A stretch of DNA of 63,439 nt, the filler included, from Nemertoderma westbladi (Eukaryota > Animalia > Xenacoelomorpha): assembly GCA_032718475.1 (NCBI GenBank). It is 5 parts of 5 records of this genome, joined end to end, with 100 filler letters (N's around TTAATTAATTAA, not from the genome) between each part and the next. Parts side by side here need not be neighbours in the genome. Positions count along the whole stretch, not along the records: positions 20,165 to 31,879 come from JAUCBJ010004323.1; positions 31,980 to 41,065 come from JAUCBJ010001324.1; 3 more parts are not named here. The stretch is one strand, 5' to 3'. Below, piece by piece: positions 20,165 through 32,934 of the stretch (position 1 is the first letter of the stretch; each line of letters opens with the position of its first letter). The notes under the pieces are model-generated. The model searched no databases. It was not told the DNA's origin and saw nothing but the letters and a program-made list of their open reading frames with translations. A program made the position numbers and the translations under genes.

Positions 20165-23100
20165 CCAATGTGCGGAAGTTGAAGGTGGATTAATCGGGGG
20201 AGGTGGTGGCCCAGTTGCCGAGGCTTCGAGTGTGCGGAAGTAGAAGGTGGAATAATCGGGAGAGCTGGTGGCCCAGTTGATGAGCATCGACTGTGCGGAA
20301 GTAGAAGGTAAATTAATTTGGAGAGCTGCTGGCCCAGTTGATGAGGCATCGAGTGTGTGGAAGTAGAAGGTAAATTAACTTGGAGAGCTGCTGGCCTAGT
20401 TGATGAGGCTTCGAGTGTGCGGAAGTAGAAGGTTGAATAATCGGGAGAGCTGCTGGCCCAGTTGATGAGGCATCGACTGTGCGGAAGTAGAAGGTAAATT
20501 AATTTGAAGAGCTGCTGGCCCAGTTGATGAGGCATCGAGTGTGTGGAAGTAGAAGGTAAATTAACTTGGAGAGCTGCTGGCCTAGTTGATGAGGCTTCGA
20601 GTGTGCGGAAGTAGAAGGTTGAATAATCGGGAGAGCTGCTGGCCCAGTTGATGAGGCTTCGAGCGTGCGGAAGTAGAAGGTAAATTAATTTGGAGAGCTG
20701 CTGGCCTAGTTGATGAGGCTTCGAGTGTGCGGAAGTAGAAGGTTGAATAATCGGGAGAGCTGCTGGCCCAGTTGATGAGGCTTCGAGCGTGCGGAAGTAG
20801 AAGGTAAATTAATTTGGAGAGCTGCTGGCCCAGTTGATGAGGCATCGAGTGTGTGGAAGTAGAAGGTAAATTAACATGGAGAGCTGCTGGCCCAGTTGAT
20901 GAGGCTTCGAGTGTGTGGAAGTAGAAGGTAAATTAATTTGGAGAGCTGCTGGCACAGTTGCAGAGGCTTCGAGTGTGTGGAAGTAGAAGGTAAATTAATT
21001 TGGAGATCTGCTGGCACAGTTGCAGAGGCTTCGAGTGTGCGGAAGTAGAAGGTAAATTAATTTGGAGAGCTGCTGGCCCAGTTGATGAGGCATCGAGTGT
21101 GTGGAAGTAGAAGGTAAATTAACTTGGAGAGCTGCTGGCCCAGTTGATGAGGCTTCGAGTGTGCGGAAGTAGAAGGTTGAATAATCGGGAGAGCTGCTGG
21201 CCCAGTTGATGAGGCTTCAAGCGTGCGGAAGTAGAAGGTAAATTAATTTGGAGAGCTGCTGGCCCAGTTGATGAGGCATCGAGTGTGTGGAAGTAGAAGG
21301 TAAATTAACTTGGAGAGCTGCTGGCCCAGTTGATGAGGCTTCGAGTGTGTGGAAGTAGAAGGTAAATTAATTTGGAGAGCTGCTGGCACAGTTGCAGAGG
21401 CTTCGAGTGTGCGGAAGTAGAAGGTAAATTAATTTGGAGATCTGCTGGCACAGTTGCAGAGGCTTCGAGTGTGCGGAAGTAGAAGGTAAATTAATTTGGA
21501 GAGCTGCTGGCCCAGTTGATGAGGCATCGAGTGTGTGGAAGTAGAAGGTAAATTAACTTGGAGAGCTGCTGGCCCAGTTGATGAGGCTTCGAGTGTGCAG
21601 AAGTAGAAGGTTGAATAATCGGGAGAGCTGCTGGCCCAGTTGATGAGGCTTCGAGCGTGCGGAAGTAGAAGGTGGATTAATCGGGAGAGCTGGTGGCCCA
21701 GTTGCTGAGGCTTTCAAGTGAGCGGAAGTAGAAGTTGGATTAATCGGGAGATCTGGTGGCCCAGTTGCCGAGGCTTCAAGTGTGCGGAAGGAGAAGGTGG
21801 ATTAATCGGGAGAGCTGGTGGCCCAGTTGCTGAGGCATCGACTGTGCGGAAGTAGAAGGTAAATTAATTTGGAGAGCTGCTGGCCCAGTTGATGAGGCAT
21901 CGAGTGTGTGGAAGTAGAAGGTAAATTAACTTGGAGAGCTGCTGGCCTAGTTGATGAGGCTTCGAGTGTGCGGAAGTAGAAGGTTGAATAATCGGGAGAG
22001 CTGCTGGCCCAGTTGATGAGGCATCGACTGTGCGGAAGTAGAAGGTAAATTAATTTGAAGAGCTGCTGGCCCAGTTGATGAGGCATCGAGTGTGTGGAAG
22101 TAGAAGGTAAATTATCTTGGAGAGCTGCTGGCCTAGTTGATGAGGCTTCGAGTGTGCGGAAGTAGAAGGTTGAATAATCGGGAGAGCTGCTGGCCCAGTT
22201 GATGAGGCTTCGAGCGTGCGGAAGTAGAAGGTAAATTAATTTGGAGAGCTGCTGGCCTAGTTGATGAGGCTTCGAGTGTGCGGAAGTAGAAGGTTGAATA
22301 ATCGGGAGAGCTGCTGGCCCAGTTGATGAGGCTTCGAGCGTGCGGAAGTAGAAGGTAAATTAATTTGGAGAGCTGCTGGCCCAGTTGATGAGGCATCGAG
22401 TGTGTGGAAGTAGAAGGTAAATTAACTTGGAGAGCTGCTGGCCCAGTTGATGAGGCTTCGAGTGTGTGGAAGTAGAATGTAAATTAATTTGGAGAGCTGC
22501 TGGCACAGTTGCAGAGGCTTCGAGTGTGCGGAAGTAGAAGGTAAATTAATTTGGAGATCTGCTGGCACAGTTGCAGAGGCTTCGAGTGTGAGGAAGTAGA
22601 AGGTAAATTAATTTGGAGAGCTGCTGGCCCAGTTGATGAGGCATCGAGTGTGTGGAAGTAGAAGGTAAATTAACTTGGAGAGCTGCTGGCCCAGTTGATG
22701 AGGCTTCGAGTGTGCGGAAGTAGAAGGTTGAATAATCGGGAGAGCTGCTGGCCCAGTTGATGAGGCTTCGAGCGTGCAGAAGTAGAAGGTAAATTAATTT
22801 GGAGAGCTGCTGGCCCAGTTGATGAGGCATCGAGTGTGTGGAAGTAGAAGGTAAATTAACTTGGAGAGCTGCTGGCCCAGTTGATGAGGCTTCGAGTGTG
22901 TGGAAGTAGAAGGTAAATTAATTTGGAGAGCTGCTGGCACAGTTGCAGAGGCTTCGAGTGTGCGGAAGTAGAAGGTAAATTAATTTGGAGATCTGCTGGC
23001 ACAGTTGCAGAGGCTTCGAGTGTGCGGAAGTAGAAGGTAAATTAATTTGGAGAGCTGCTGGCCCAGTTGATGAGGCTTCGAGTGTGCAGAAGTAGAAGGT

Positions 23101-26100
23101 TGAATAATCGGGAGAGCTGCTGGCCCAGTTGATGAGGCTTCGAGCGTGCGGAAGTAGAAGGTGGATTAATCGGGAGAGCTGGTGGCCCAGTTGCTGAGGC
23201 TTTCAAGTGAGCGGAAGTAGAAGTTGGATTAATCGGGAGATCTGGTGGCCCAGTTGCCGAGGCTTCAAGTGTGCGGAAGGAGAAGGTGGATTAATCGGGA
23301 GAGCTGGTGGCCCAGTTGCTGAGGCATCGACTGTGCGGAAGTAGAAGGTAAATTAATTTGGAGAGCTGCTGGCCCAGTTGATGAGGCATCGAGTGTGTGG
23401 AAGTAGAAGGTAAATTAACTTGGAGAGCTGCTGGCCTAGTTGATGAGGCTTCGAGCGTGCGGAAGTAGAAGGTGGATTAATCGGGAGAGCTGGTGGCCCA
23501 GTTGCTGAGGCTTTCAAGTGAGCGGAAGTAGAAGTTGGATTAATCGGGAGATCTGGTGGCCCAGTTGCCGAGGCTTCAAGTGTGCGGAAGGAGAAGGTGG
23601 ATTAATCGTGAGAGCTGGTGGCCCAGTTGCTGAGGCATCGACTGTGCGGAAGTAGAAGGTAAATTAATTTGGAGAGCTGCTGGCCCAGTTGATGAGGCAT
23701 CGAGTGTGTGGAAGTAGAAGGTAAATTAACTTGGAGAGCTGCTGGCCTAGTTGATGAGGCTTCAAGTGTGCGGAAGTAGAAGGTTGAATAATCGGGAGAG
23801 TTGCTGGCCCAGTTGATGAGGCATCGACTGTGCGGAAGTAGAAGGTAAATTAATTTGAAGAGCTGCTGGCCCAGTTGATGAGGCATCGAGTGTGTGGAAG
23901 TAGAAGGTAAATTAACTTGGAGAGCTGCTGGCCTAGTTGATGAGGCTTCGAGTGTGCGGAAGTAGAAGGTTGAATAATCGGGAGAGCTGCTGGCCCAGTT
24001 GATGAGGCTTCGAGCGTGCGGAAGTAGAAGGTAAATTAATTTGGAGAGCTGCTGGCCTAGTTGATGAGGCTTCGAGTGTGCGGAAGTAGAAGGTTGAATA
24101 ATCGGGAGAGCTGCTGGCCCAGTTGATGAGGCTTCGAGCGTGCGGAAGTAGAAGGTAAATTAATTTGGAGAGCTGCTGGCCCAGTTGATGAGGCATCGAG
24201 TGTGTGGAAGTAGAAGGTAAATTAACTTGGAGAGCTGCTGGCCCAGTTGATGAGGCTTCGAGTGTGTGGAAGTAGAAGGTAAATTAATTTGGAGAGCTAC
24301 TGGCACAGTTGCAGAGGCTTCGAGTGTGCGGAAGTAGAAGGTAAATTAATTTGGAGATCTGCTGGCACAGTTGCAGAGGCTTCGAGTGTGCGGAAGTAGA
24401 AGGTAAATTAATTTGGAGAGCTGCTGGCCCAGTTGATGAGGCATCGAGTGTGTGGAAGTAGAAGGTAAATTAACTTGGAGAGCTGCTGGCCCAGTTGATG
24501 AGGCTTCGAGTGTGCAGAAGTAGAAGGTTGAATAATCGGGAGAGCTGCTGGCCCAGTTGATGAGGCTTCGAGCGTGCGGAAGTAGAAGGTGGATTAATCG
24601 GGAGAGCTGGTGGCCCAGTTGCTGAGGCTTTCAAGTGAGCGGAAGTAGAAGTTGGATTAATCGGGAGATCTGGTGGCCCAGTTGCTGAGGCTTCAAGTGT
24701 GCTGAAGGAGAAGGTGGATTAATTGGGAGAGCTGGTGGCCCAGTTGCTGAGGCTTCGAGTGTGCGGAAGTAGAAGGTGGATTAATCGTTAGAGCTGGTGG
24801 CCCAGTTGCTGAGGCTTTCGAGTGAGCGGAAGTAGAAGGTGGAATAATCGGGAGAGCTGGTGGCCCAGTTGCTGAGGCTTCGAGTGTGCGGAAGTAGAAG
24901 CTGGATTAATCGGGAGAGCTGCTGGCCCAGTTGCTGAGGCTTCGAGTGTGCGGAAGTAGAAGGTGGATTAATAGGGAGAGCTGGTGGCCTAGTTGCTGAG
25001 GCTTTCAAGTGAGCGGAAGTAGAAGTTGGATTAATCGGGAGAGCTGGAGGCCCAGTTGCCGAGGCTTCAAGTGTGCGGAAGTAGAAGGTGGATTAATCGG
25101 GAGAGCTGGTGGCCCTGTTGCTGAGGCTTTCGAGTGAGCGGAAGTAGAAGGTAGATTAATCGGGAGAGCTGATGGCCCAGTTGCCGAGTCTTCCAATGTG
25201 CGGAAGTTGAAGGTGGATTAATCGGGGGAGGTGGTGGCCCAGTTGCCGAGGCTTCGAGTGTGCGGAAGTAGAAGGTGGAATAATCGGGAGAGCTGGTGGC
25301 CCAGTTGATGAGGCATCGACTGTGCGGAAGTAGAAGGTAAATTAATTTGGAGAGCTGCTGGCCCAGTTTATGAGGCATCGAGTGTGTGGAAGTAGAAGGT
25401 AAATTAACTTGGAGAGCTGCTGGCCTAGTTGATGAGGCTTCGAGTGTGCGGAAGTAGAAGGTTGAATAATCGGGAGAGCTGCTGGCCCAGTTGATGAGGC
25501 ATCGACTGTGCGGAAGTAGAAGGTAAATTAATTTGAAGAGCTGCTGGCCCAGTTGATGAGGCATCGAGTGTATGGAAGTAGAAGGTAAATTAACTTGGAG
25601 AGCTGCTGGCCTAGTTGATGAGGCTTCGAGTGTGCGGAAGTAGAAGGTTGAATAATCGGGAGAGCTGCTGGCCCAGTTGATGAGGCTTCGAGCGTGCGGA
25701 AGTAGAAGGTAAATTAATTTGGAGAGCTGCTGGCCTAGTTGATGAGGCTTCGAGTGTGCGGAAGTAGAAGGTTGAATAATCGGGAGAGCTGCTGGCCCAG
25801 TTGATGAGGCATCGACTGTACGGAAGTAGAAGGTAAATTAATTTGGAGAGCTGCTGGCCCAGTTGATGAGGCATCGAGTGTGTGGAAGTAGAAGGTAAAT
25901 TAACTTGGAGAGCTGCTGGCCTAGTTGATGAGGCTTCGAGTGTGCGGAAGTAGAAGGTTGAATAATCGGGAGAGCTGCTGGCCCAGTTGATGAGGCTTCG
26001 AGCGTGCGGAAGTAGAAGGTAAATTAATTTGGAGAGCTGCTGGCCCAGTTGATGAGGCATCGAGTGTGTGGAAGTAGAAGGTAAATTAACTTGGAGAGCT

Positions 26101-28003
26101 GCTGGCCCAGTTGATGAGGCTTCGAGTGTGTGGAAGTAGAAGGTAAATTAATTTGGAGAGCTGCTGGCACAGTTGCAGAGGCTTCGAGTGTGCGGAAGTA
26201 GAAGGTAAATTAATTTGGAGATCTGCTGGCACAGTTGCAGAGGCTTCGAGTGTGCGGAAGTAGAAGGTAAATTAATTTGGAGAGCTGCTGGCCCAGTTGA
26301 TGAGGCATCGAGTGTGTGGAAGTAGAAGGTAAATTAACTTGGAGAGCTGCTGGCCCAGTTGATGAGGCTTCGAGTGTGCGGAAGTAGAAGGTTGAATAAT
26401 CGGGAGAGCTGGTAGCCCAGTTGATGAGGCATCGACTGTGCGGAAGTAGAAGGTAAATTAATTTGGAGAGCTGATGGCCCAGTTGCCGAGGCTTCCAATG
26501 TGCGGAAGTTGAAGGTGGATTAATCGGGGGAGGTGGTGGCCCAGTTGCCGAGGCTTCGAGTGTGCGGAAGTAGAAGGTGGAATAGTTGGGAGAGCTGGTG
26601 GCCCAGTTGCTGAGGCTTCGAGTGTGCGGAAGTAGAAGGTGGATTAATCGGGAGAGCTGGTGGCCCAGTTGCTGAGGCTTTCGAGTGAGCGGAAGTAGAA
26701 GGTGGAATAATCGGGAGAGCTGGTGGCCCAGTTGCTGAGGCTTTCGAGTGAGCGGAAGTAGAAGGTAGATTAATCGGGAGAGCTGGTGGCCCAGTTGCTG
26801 AGGCTTCGAGTGTGCGGAAGTAGAAGGTGGATTAATCGGGAGAGCTGGTGGCCCAGTTGCTGAGGCTTTCGAGTGAGCGGAAGTAGAAGGTGGAATAATC
26901 GGGAGAGCTGGTGGCCCAGTTGCTGAGGCTTTCGAGTGTGCGGAAGTAGAAGGTGGATTAATCGGGAGAGCTGGTGGCCCAGTTGCTGAGGCTTTCGAGT
27001 GAGCGGAAGTAGAAGGTGGAATAATCGGGAGAGCTGGTGGCCCAGTTGCTGAGGCTTTCGAGTGAGCGGAAGTAGAAGGTGGAATAATCGGGAGAGCTGG
27101 TGGCCCAGTTGCTGAGGCTTCGAGTGAGCGGAAGTAGAAGGTAGATTAATCGGGAGAACTGGTGGCCCTGTTGCTGAGGCTTCGAGTGAGCGGAAGTAGA
27201 AGGTGGAATAATCGGGAGAGCTGGTGGCCCAGTTGCTGAGGCTTTCGAGTGAGCGGATGTAGAAGGTGGAATATTCGGGAGAGCTGATGGCCCAGTTGAT
27301 GAGGCTTCGATTGTGCGGAAGTAGAAGGTGGAATAATCGGGAGAGCTGGTGGCCCAGTTGCTGAGGCTTTCGAGTGAGCGGATGTAGAAGGTGGAATATT
27401 CGGGAGAGCTGGTGGCCCAGTTGCTGAGGCTTCGAGTGAGCGGAAGTAGAAGGTGGAATAATCGGGAGAGCTGGTGGCCCAGTTGCTGAGGCTTTCGAGT
27501 GAGCGGATGTAGAAGGTGGAATATTCGGGAGAGCTGATGGCCCAGTTGATGAGGCTTCGATTGTGCGGAAGTAGAAGGTGGAATAATCGGGAGAGCTGGT
27601 GGCCCAGTTGCTGAGGCTTTCGAGTGAGCGGATGTAGAAGGTGGAATATTCGGGAGAGCTGATGGCCCAGTTGCTGAGGCTTTCGAGTGAGCGGATGTAG
27701 AAGGTGGAATATTCGGGAGAGCTGGTGGCCCAGTTGCTGAGGCTTCGAGTGAGCGGAAGTAGAAGGTGGAATAATCGGGAGAGCTGGTGGCCCAGTTGCT
27801 GAGGCTTTCGAGTGAGCGGATGTAGAAGGTGGAATATTCGGGAGAGCTGGTGGCCCAGTTGCTGAGGCTTTCGAGTGAGCGGATGTAGAAGGTGGAATAT
27901 TCGGGAGAGCTGGTGGCCCAGTTGCTGAGGCTTTCGAGTGAGCGGATGTAGAAGGTGGAATATTCGGGAGAGCTGGTGGCCCAGTTGCTGAGGCTTCGAG
28001 TGT
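20165..28003. repeat. 62/63-bp satellite, about 125 units, with higher-order blocks
   Basis: Unit GAAGTAGAAGGT(AAATTAATTT/GGATTAATCG)GGAGAGCTG(C/G)TGGCCCAGTTG(A/C)TGAGGCTTCGAGTGTGCG. Identical blocks recur at 20582, 22133 and 23933. Confidence 0.98.
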
Positions 28004-28327
28004 TCATCCTACAAGTTAAAAGGTGGAATATTGGAGCGATAAGGTCACCACAGACTTAGAATTTATAATTTTGATTTTAGAATACATGAATAAGGCTTAT
28101 GTAATCTCGGCAGTTGTAAGATATGTGTAGGCCTACACTGAATTATATTAGGTGAAATTGATGTTCTAGAACAAAAAACATCATGATAATTTCCATTAAC
28201 AAGTCCAAAAATTTATCAAAAAGTAGGTAAAAAAATTAAATTTTGAAATATTTTAAAACAGTTGCAACCTTAAAAAACACTCGAACAATAGCTACTGTCT
28301 CTCAGAAGATATTATTTACGTTCTAGT

Positions 28328-28370
28328 CAAGGTGTACTAAATAACTAATAAAGTTATTTAGTACACCTTG
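28328..28370. repeat. Perfect 19-bp inverted repeat with a 5-nt loop
   Basis: CAAGGTGTACTAAATAACT-AATAA-AGTTATTTAGTACACCTTG. Confidence 0.9.
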
Positions 28371-29629
28371 GTTACGGGTCATGGTGTATAATTTTAGTAC
28401 GATATTTTTGCGAAATTTTTTTATTTTTTATTAGCCGCCACAAAATATACTAGCTATCTTAAAAATTACTAGCTACCTGAAATTATAACATTTATAACAC
28501 TAAATGGAATAAAAAAATTTAATTTTTTTTTTAAATACTACCTATTTTGAATTTTAATAATTACTAGCTATATGTTCTAGAACATTATATTTATGTTCTA
28601 GAATTGTTAAATAATATTTATATGGTGTTCTAGAACTCTCCATGGTTGCCATAGTAACAATGATTTATGTTTAAAAAGTGTAGCGGCATACGGAACCGTT
28701 ACCATAACGGCTAGAGTTCCGTACGTCCCCCCATTTTTAAAATGACTTGAATTGACCGTGTATTGTCATATAATGTAACAATTTTTAAATATATTGTAAA
28801 CATAAAGTGTCCATATTCTACAATTAAAAAATAGATTAATGAAACGCCTGGCAGTATTTAGCTAGCTATATTTGTTTTTAGGTACAGCTCTACGGTACAG
28901 GTATGGGCGAAATAAATATTATTCTAGAATAATAAACTTGATATGGATAATTTGCCTCCATACCGCTATCCTATAATCGAATTTTAACACAACATAAATA
29001 TAGCTAGCTAGCAATAATAAATAATAATACATTATATAGGCCTAATATAATACATAATATGGCACCGGCTAGGTACTGTAACAACGGCCAAACCGTGCAA
29101 TATATATTATTAGGTATCAGTAATCAGTTATTCAGTTATCTCATTTGTGTTAGTCGGTTAGCTAGGGTAGAGCGGAGACTTCTAAGACCGTCCTCGCCTA
29201 CCACCATTACCTGTACATACTATACCTCAATTGCAATATATTACACCATTTATACTATATCCATTTTAACGTCTACATTATACATATCGGAGAATCAATA
29301 ACATCAGAACTCTCAAACTCTTTCCACACAAACGGCGGGGACGCGTACTTACAATAAACGCGGATAAACCGGGATCCTCCTTGGATCCCGTCACAGAGTA
29401 GAAACATTGTGATTGGTCGAAACATCGACCAATCAATAGTACAATAGTCCTACAGTAAGTTATTAGTTTATTAATTATTTACTATTTATACTGTAATTAC
29501 GTTTTATAATAAATTGTTCTGTACATTACATCTTTATCGTTGAGTCGGGCATTGTCACGCTCTCGGTAAAGTTGTACATGTACATAGTGTAATTACGTTT
29601 TATATTGGTTTTAGGTTAGCGTAGTGTAA

Positions 29630-29765
29630 TATTGTATTTGTAACCAAGTAACATAAAGGACCCCCTTGGAAATAAGCTGCAAAGCTTTAGGGGTAATCCT
29701 ATATGTTATGTTGGACAATACCTTTATACCGGTACATTGTTTGGTGTATTTGTTATTGTTTTTAC
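29630..29765 (+). repeat. Dispersed repeat, second copy at about 45112-45240, possibly a LINE/SINE 3' end
   Basis: Shared AAGGACCCCCTT(G/T)GAAATAAGCTGCAAAGCTTTAGGGGTAATCCTATATG...TTGGTGTATTTGTTATTGTTTTT. Confidence 0.75.
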
Positions 29766-29789
29766 ATAATGTATAAATAAAAAATCTAT

Positions 29790-30015
29790 AAACAGGTGAG
29801 TAGAAACATTGTGATTGGTCGAAACAGGTGAGTAGAAACATTGTGATTGGTCGAAACAGGTTAGTAGAAACATTGTGATGGTCGAAACAGGTGAGTAGAA
29901 ACATTGTGATTGGTCAAAATAGGTGAGTAGAAACATTGTGATTGGTCGAAATAGGTGAGTAGAAACATTGTGATTGGTCAAAATAGGTGAGTAGAAACAT
30001 TGTCATTGGTCGAAA
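29790..30015. repeat. 32-bp minisatellite, 7 copies
   Basis: Unit AAACAGGTGAGTAGAAACATTGTGATTGGTCG. A solitary unit sits at about 29396-29424. Confidence 0.95.
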
Positions 30016-30017
30016 TT

Positions 30018-31672
30018 CTACTACTAGGTCGAGCGAACTCGGACAGTGTAAATGAGATCCTTCCAGGCTTCCCGATTCTCCATAGTTGTCGCAATTTCGT
30101 TTCTCCCAAGTTCAGTATCCCTTTCAAGTTGATCTATATATGTTATGGCAGGTCGTCCACGACTACGCTTTCCATGAGTTGGTTGCCAGAGAAGTAGATC
30201 TGGTATGACCTCGTCTTTACTTCGCCAGCAGTGTCCACTGAATCTTAATCTGCGTTCACGGAGGGTGGTTGATACAGGTGGTATTGTACCATAAAGCTCG
30301 GCGTTTGTCATGTGTTGTCTCCAGCTGATGTTTAGGGCTGCCCTTAGTAGTCTTGTGTAGCAACCATCAATTCGTTGTTCAAGTGATTTAGTCAGTGTCC
30401 AGGTCTCACCCCCGTATAAAAATACACTTTCCACTGTGGCTCAAAAGAACTTGGTCTTCAGGTGCCTGGAGAGATCTGATTTCCAGATGGTATCCATTTT
30501 TGATAGAGCTACCCAAGCCTTTGCTTTCCTAACTTCTATGTCCTTTTTGCTACTCTCTATCCATGATCCAAGGTACTGGAAGTCATCGACCTGCCTTAGT
30601 TGATTATTATCAATGGTTGTCAAGTTTCCATCAACATTAAAGGTCATGAATTCGGTCTTGGTAGCATTTATATGCGATCCAACCTCCTTAGCAGCCCTCT
30701 CCACTTTATTTAGTAGAAGCTGTGCATCTGCTAGCGTATTAGAGAGCAGGGCGATGTCATCCGCAAAGTCGGTGTCTGTGACTGTAGTTGCCGGATATCT
30801 ACTACTTCTGCGTTCTTGAACTGTGAATCCCAGATCTTCACCCTTTGTGGCCGTCCTCATTGCGTAATCCAGCACAATTACAAATAGTAATGGTGCTAAT
30901 GTGTCACCTTGCAGTACGCCAGCCAGGATTGAGAAAAACTCAGTTTCACCATCTGGTGAGAGTACCTGCGCTTCTGTGTCACAATATAGCAATCCAATGC
31001 CAGCAACAATTACTTCTGGTATTCCATAAGCTCTTAGGATTTCAAGCATTTTACCTCTATGGATGGAGTCGAATGCCTTCTTGAAGTCCACAAAAGTCAT
31101 GACTGCGGGGAGATTCTTTGACTTAATTCCTTCAATCAGTCTCCGTAGTGCAAGTATCTGAGCTATTGTTGATCTACTTGGTCGAAATCCGTTTTGGCTC
31201 TTACGCAGTAGTTTCTCTATGTGAGGCCTAATCCTATATAGAATCATTTTATTGTATATTTTGGCAGCTACCACAAGCAGACAGATCCTACGATAGTTTG
31301 TTGGTATGCCGAGGTCTCCTTTCTTGGGGAGAGGCTTTAGTTGACCTTTAGTCCAAATTGGTGGTGGCTTTTCCCCTTTTAACATCCGGTTGCAAACATT
31401 CAATAATGGTCTATTTAGCACTCCGGTTTTCCATACCTCCGCTGGGATTTCATCTAATCCACTCGCTTTATTATTGGACATGCTTTTAATGCTTCTTTGG
31501 AGTTCGGCAGGTGTGAAGTCCCCTGTTTCTATAGGTAGTGTCTTGTCATATATTTTCCTTGTAGGGCTGACCTCGATGTTTGGTGGCTGCCCAAGCAAGT
31601 TGCTGAAGTGATTTTTCCACTTCCCAACACGTTCTTCAGGACTATCGGCTTTGAGGCGCCCCTTTGCACAAC
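30018..31672 (-). mobile_element. RTE-clade LINE, family B, 5'-truncated, RT with one frameshift
   Basis: ORFs 30441-31598 (SQNGFRPSRST, FVDFKKAFDSI, GVLQGDTLAP, DFADD, FQYLGS) and 30024-30434 (ETWTLTK, RLRFSGHCWR, GKRSRGRP). (TAG)n tail at 30018-30027. Confidence 0.95.
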
Positions 31673-31879
31673 TTTTGAATAAATATTTAATTTACTAAAT
31701 AAATTACTATATACTATTTTAATTTAAATTATAAAATTTAAATTACTAAATAAATACCTTGAATAGGTACAGTATTTTAATGTCTACAGTAGTATAATAC
31801 AAAAATTGTAAATTCAGTGACAATTTTCACTGAAATTATTAAAATGTTGATTGATTGATGTACGAAGACAGGGGGGTTG

Positions 31880-31979
31880 NNNNNNNNNNNNNNNNNNNNN
31901 NNNNNNNNNNNNNNNNNNNNNNNTTAATTAATTAANNNNNNNNNNNNNNNNNNNNNNNNNNNNNNNNNNNNNNNNNNNN
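31880..31979. other. Assembly gap linker
   Basis: N44-TTAATTAATTAA-N44. Confidence 0.98.
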
Positions 31980-32109
31980 GTGAAATTTTCCGTAATTTCA
32001 TAAAGTGCAATATATTCTGATAAAATCATCACTGGATCGACCACTGATGTAATTCTGTTTTAATTTTCAATTCAATTTTTATTTATATATTACTGTTTTT
32101 GATTTGGAA

Positions 32110-32218
32110 GGCGGGGTTGCTCAGTTGGCTTAGCGCCGGGCCTGCAATGTATTGGCTGTAGGTTCAGACCCGCCAGGGTCCACTCAGCCTTTCATTCAAT
32201 GCAACTGAACAGTAAATA
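32110..32218 (+). mobile_element. Degenerate tRNA-derived SINE head plus part of a central domain
   Basis: A-box-like TTGCTCAGTTGG and B-box-like GGTTCAGACCC, followed by GTCCACTCAGCCTTTCAT. Confidence 0.55.
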
Positions 32219-32934
32219 TTCCTTTCTCTGTAATTGTGTCTCTGTGTTTAAAATCCGTTTTTATTTACCAAAAGTTCTGATAATCCCAAAATTACACAAT
32301 AAAAACACCGCCAGCATAATTGAGCATAGTTTTGCAAAAAATGTATTGCATTTTGTAATTTTTTACGCAAACGTTAAATATTTATAATTATTAAATAATT
32401 ATATTTTAGCGGAGCTGGTAAAAATTACAACCCCAAATTTCGCGAAATTACATACAGATTCGGTTTTTAATAACACTTAACACATCCCCATACATGATAA
32501 AAAAGCAGAGCAAAAAATTTAACAATTAATTTAACTTTCGGTAAATTCGCCATTTTTAATAATAATAGTTCTGATATTGCACAAAAATTGGATGCAACTC
32601 ATTAACTCAATATCAATTTTAGCTGCTGGGCATTTCAATTTAAATTTATGTTTCCAATGAATTTACGGAATGAAGCAATGTCTTAATTGAATAATCGTTA
32701 TCGCATTTACATAATAAATAATGATTGTTTAACAATGTTGCACATTTAGTGAAATATCTATCTGAGAATGGTTATTGTTATTTTGATGGTGTTAACCATG
32801 AAACAATAGCAGTAAAGAAGCATGGAATTGAAAGTGATCCTCAATAAAAAAAAAATCAACTGATTATGGCACTTAGAATCGACCTAGAATACTTAACTAT
32901 ACTTTTGTACTATTTTTAATGAAAACCATCAACC

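Noticed and set aside
20165-28003. Hammerhead-like TTGATGAG...GGAAG in every satellite unit
   Set aside because: No proper G-C closure of stem II, GAAG instead of GAAA, and no stem III/UH site, so it does not fit the hammerhead core.
20113-28007. Many ORFs within the 62-bp satellite
   Set aside because: A 62-bp period shifts the frame at each unit, so the ORFs are by-products of the repeat.
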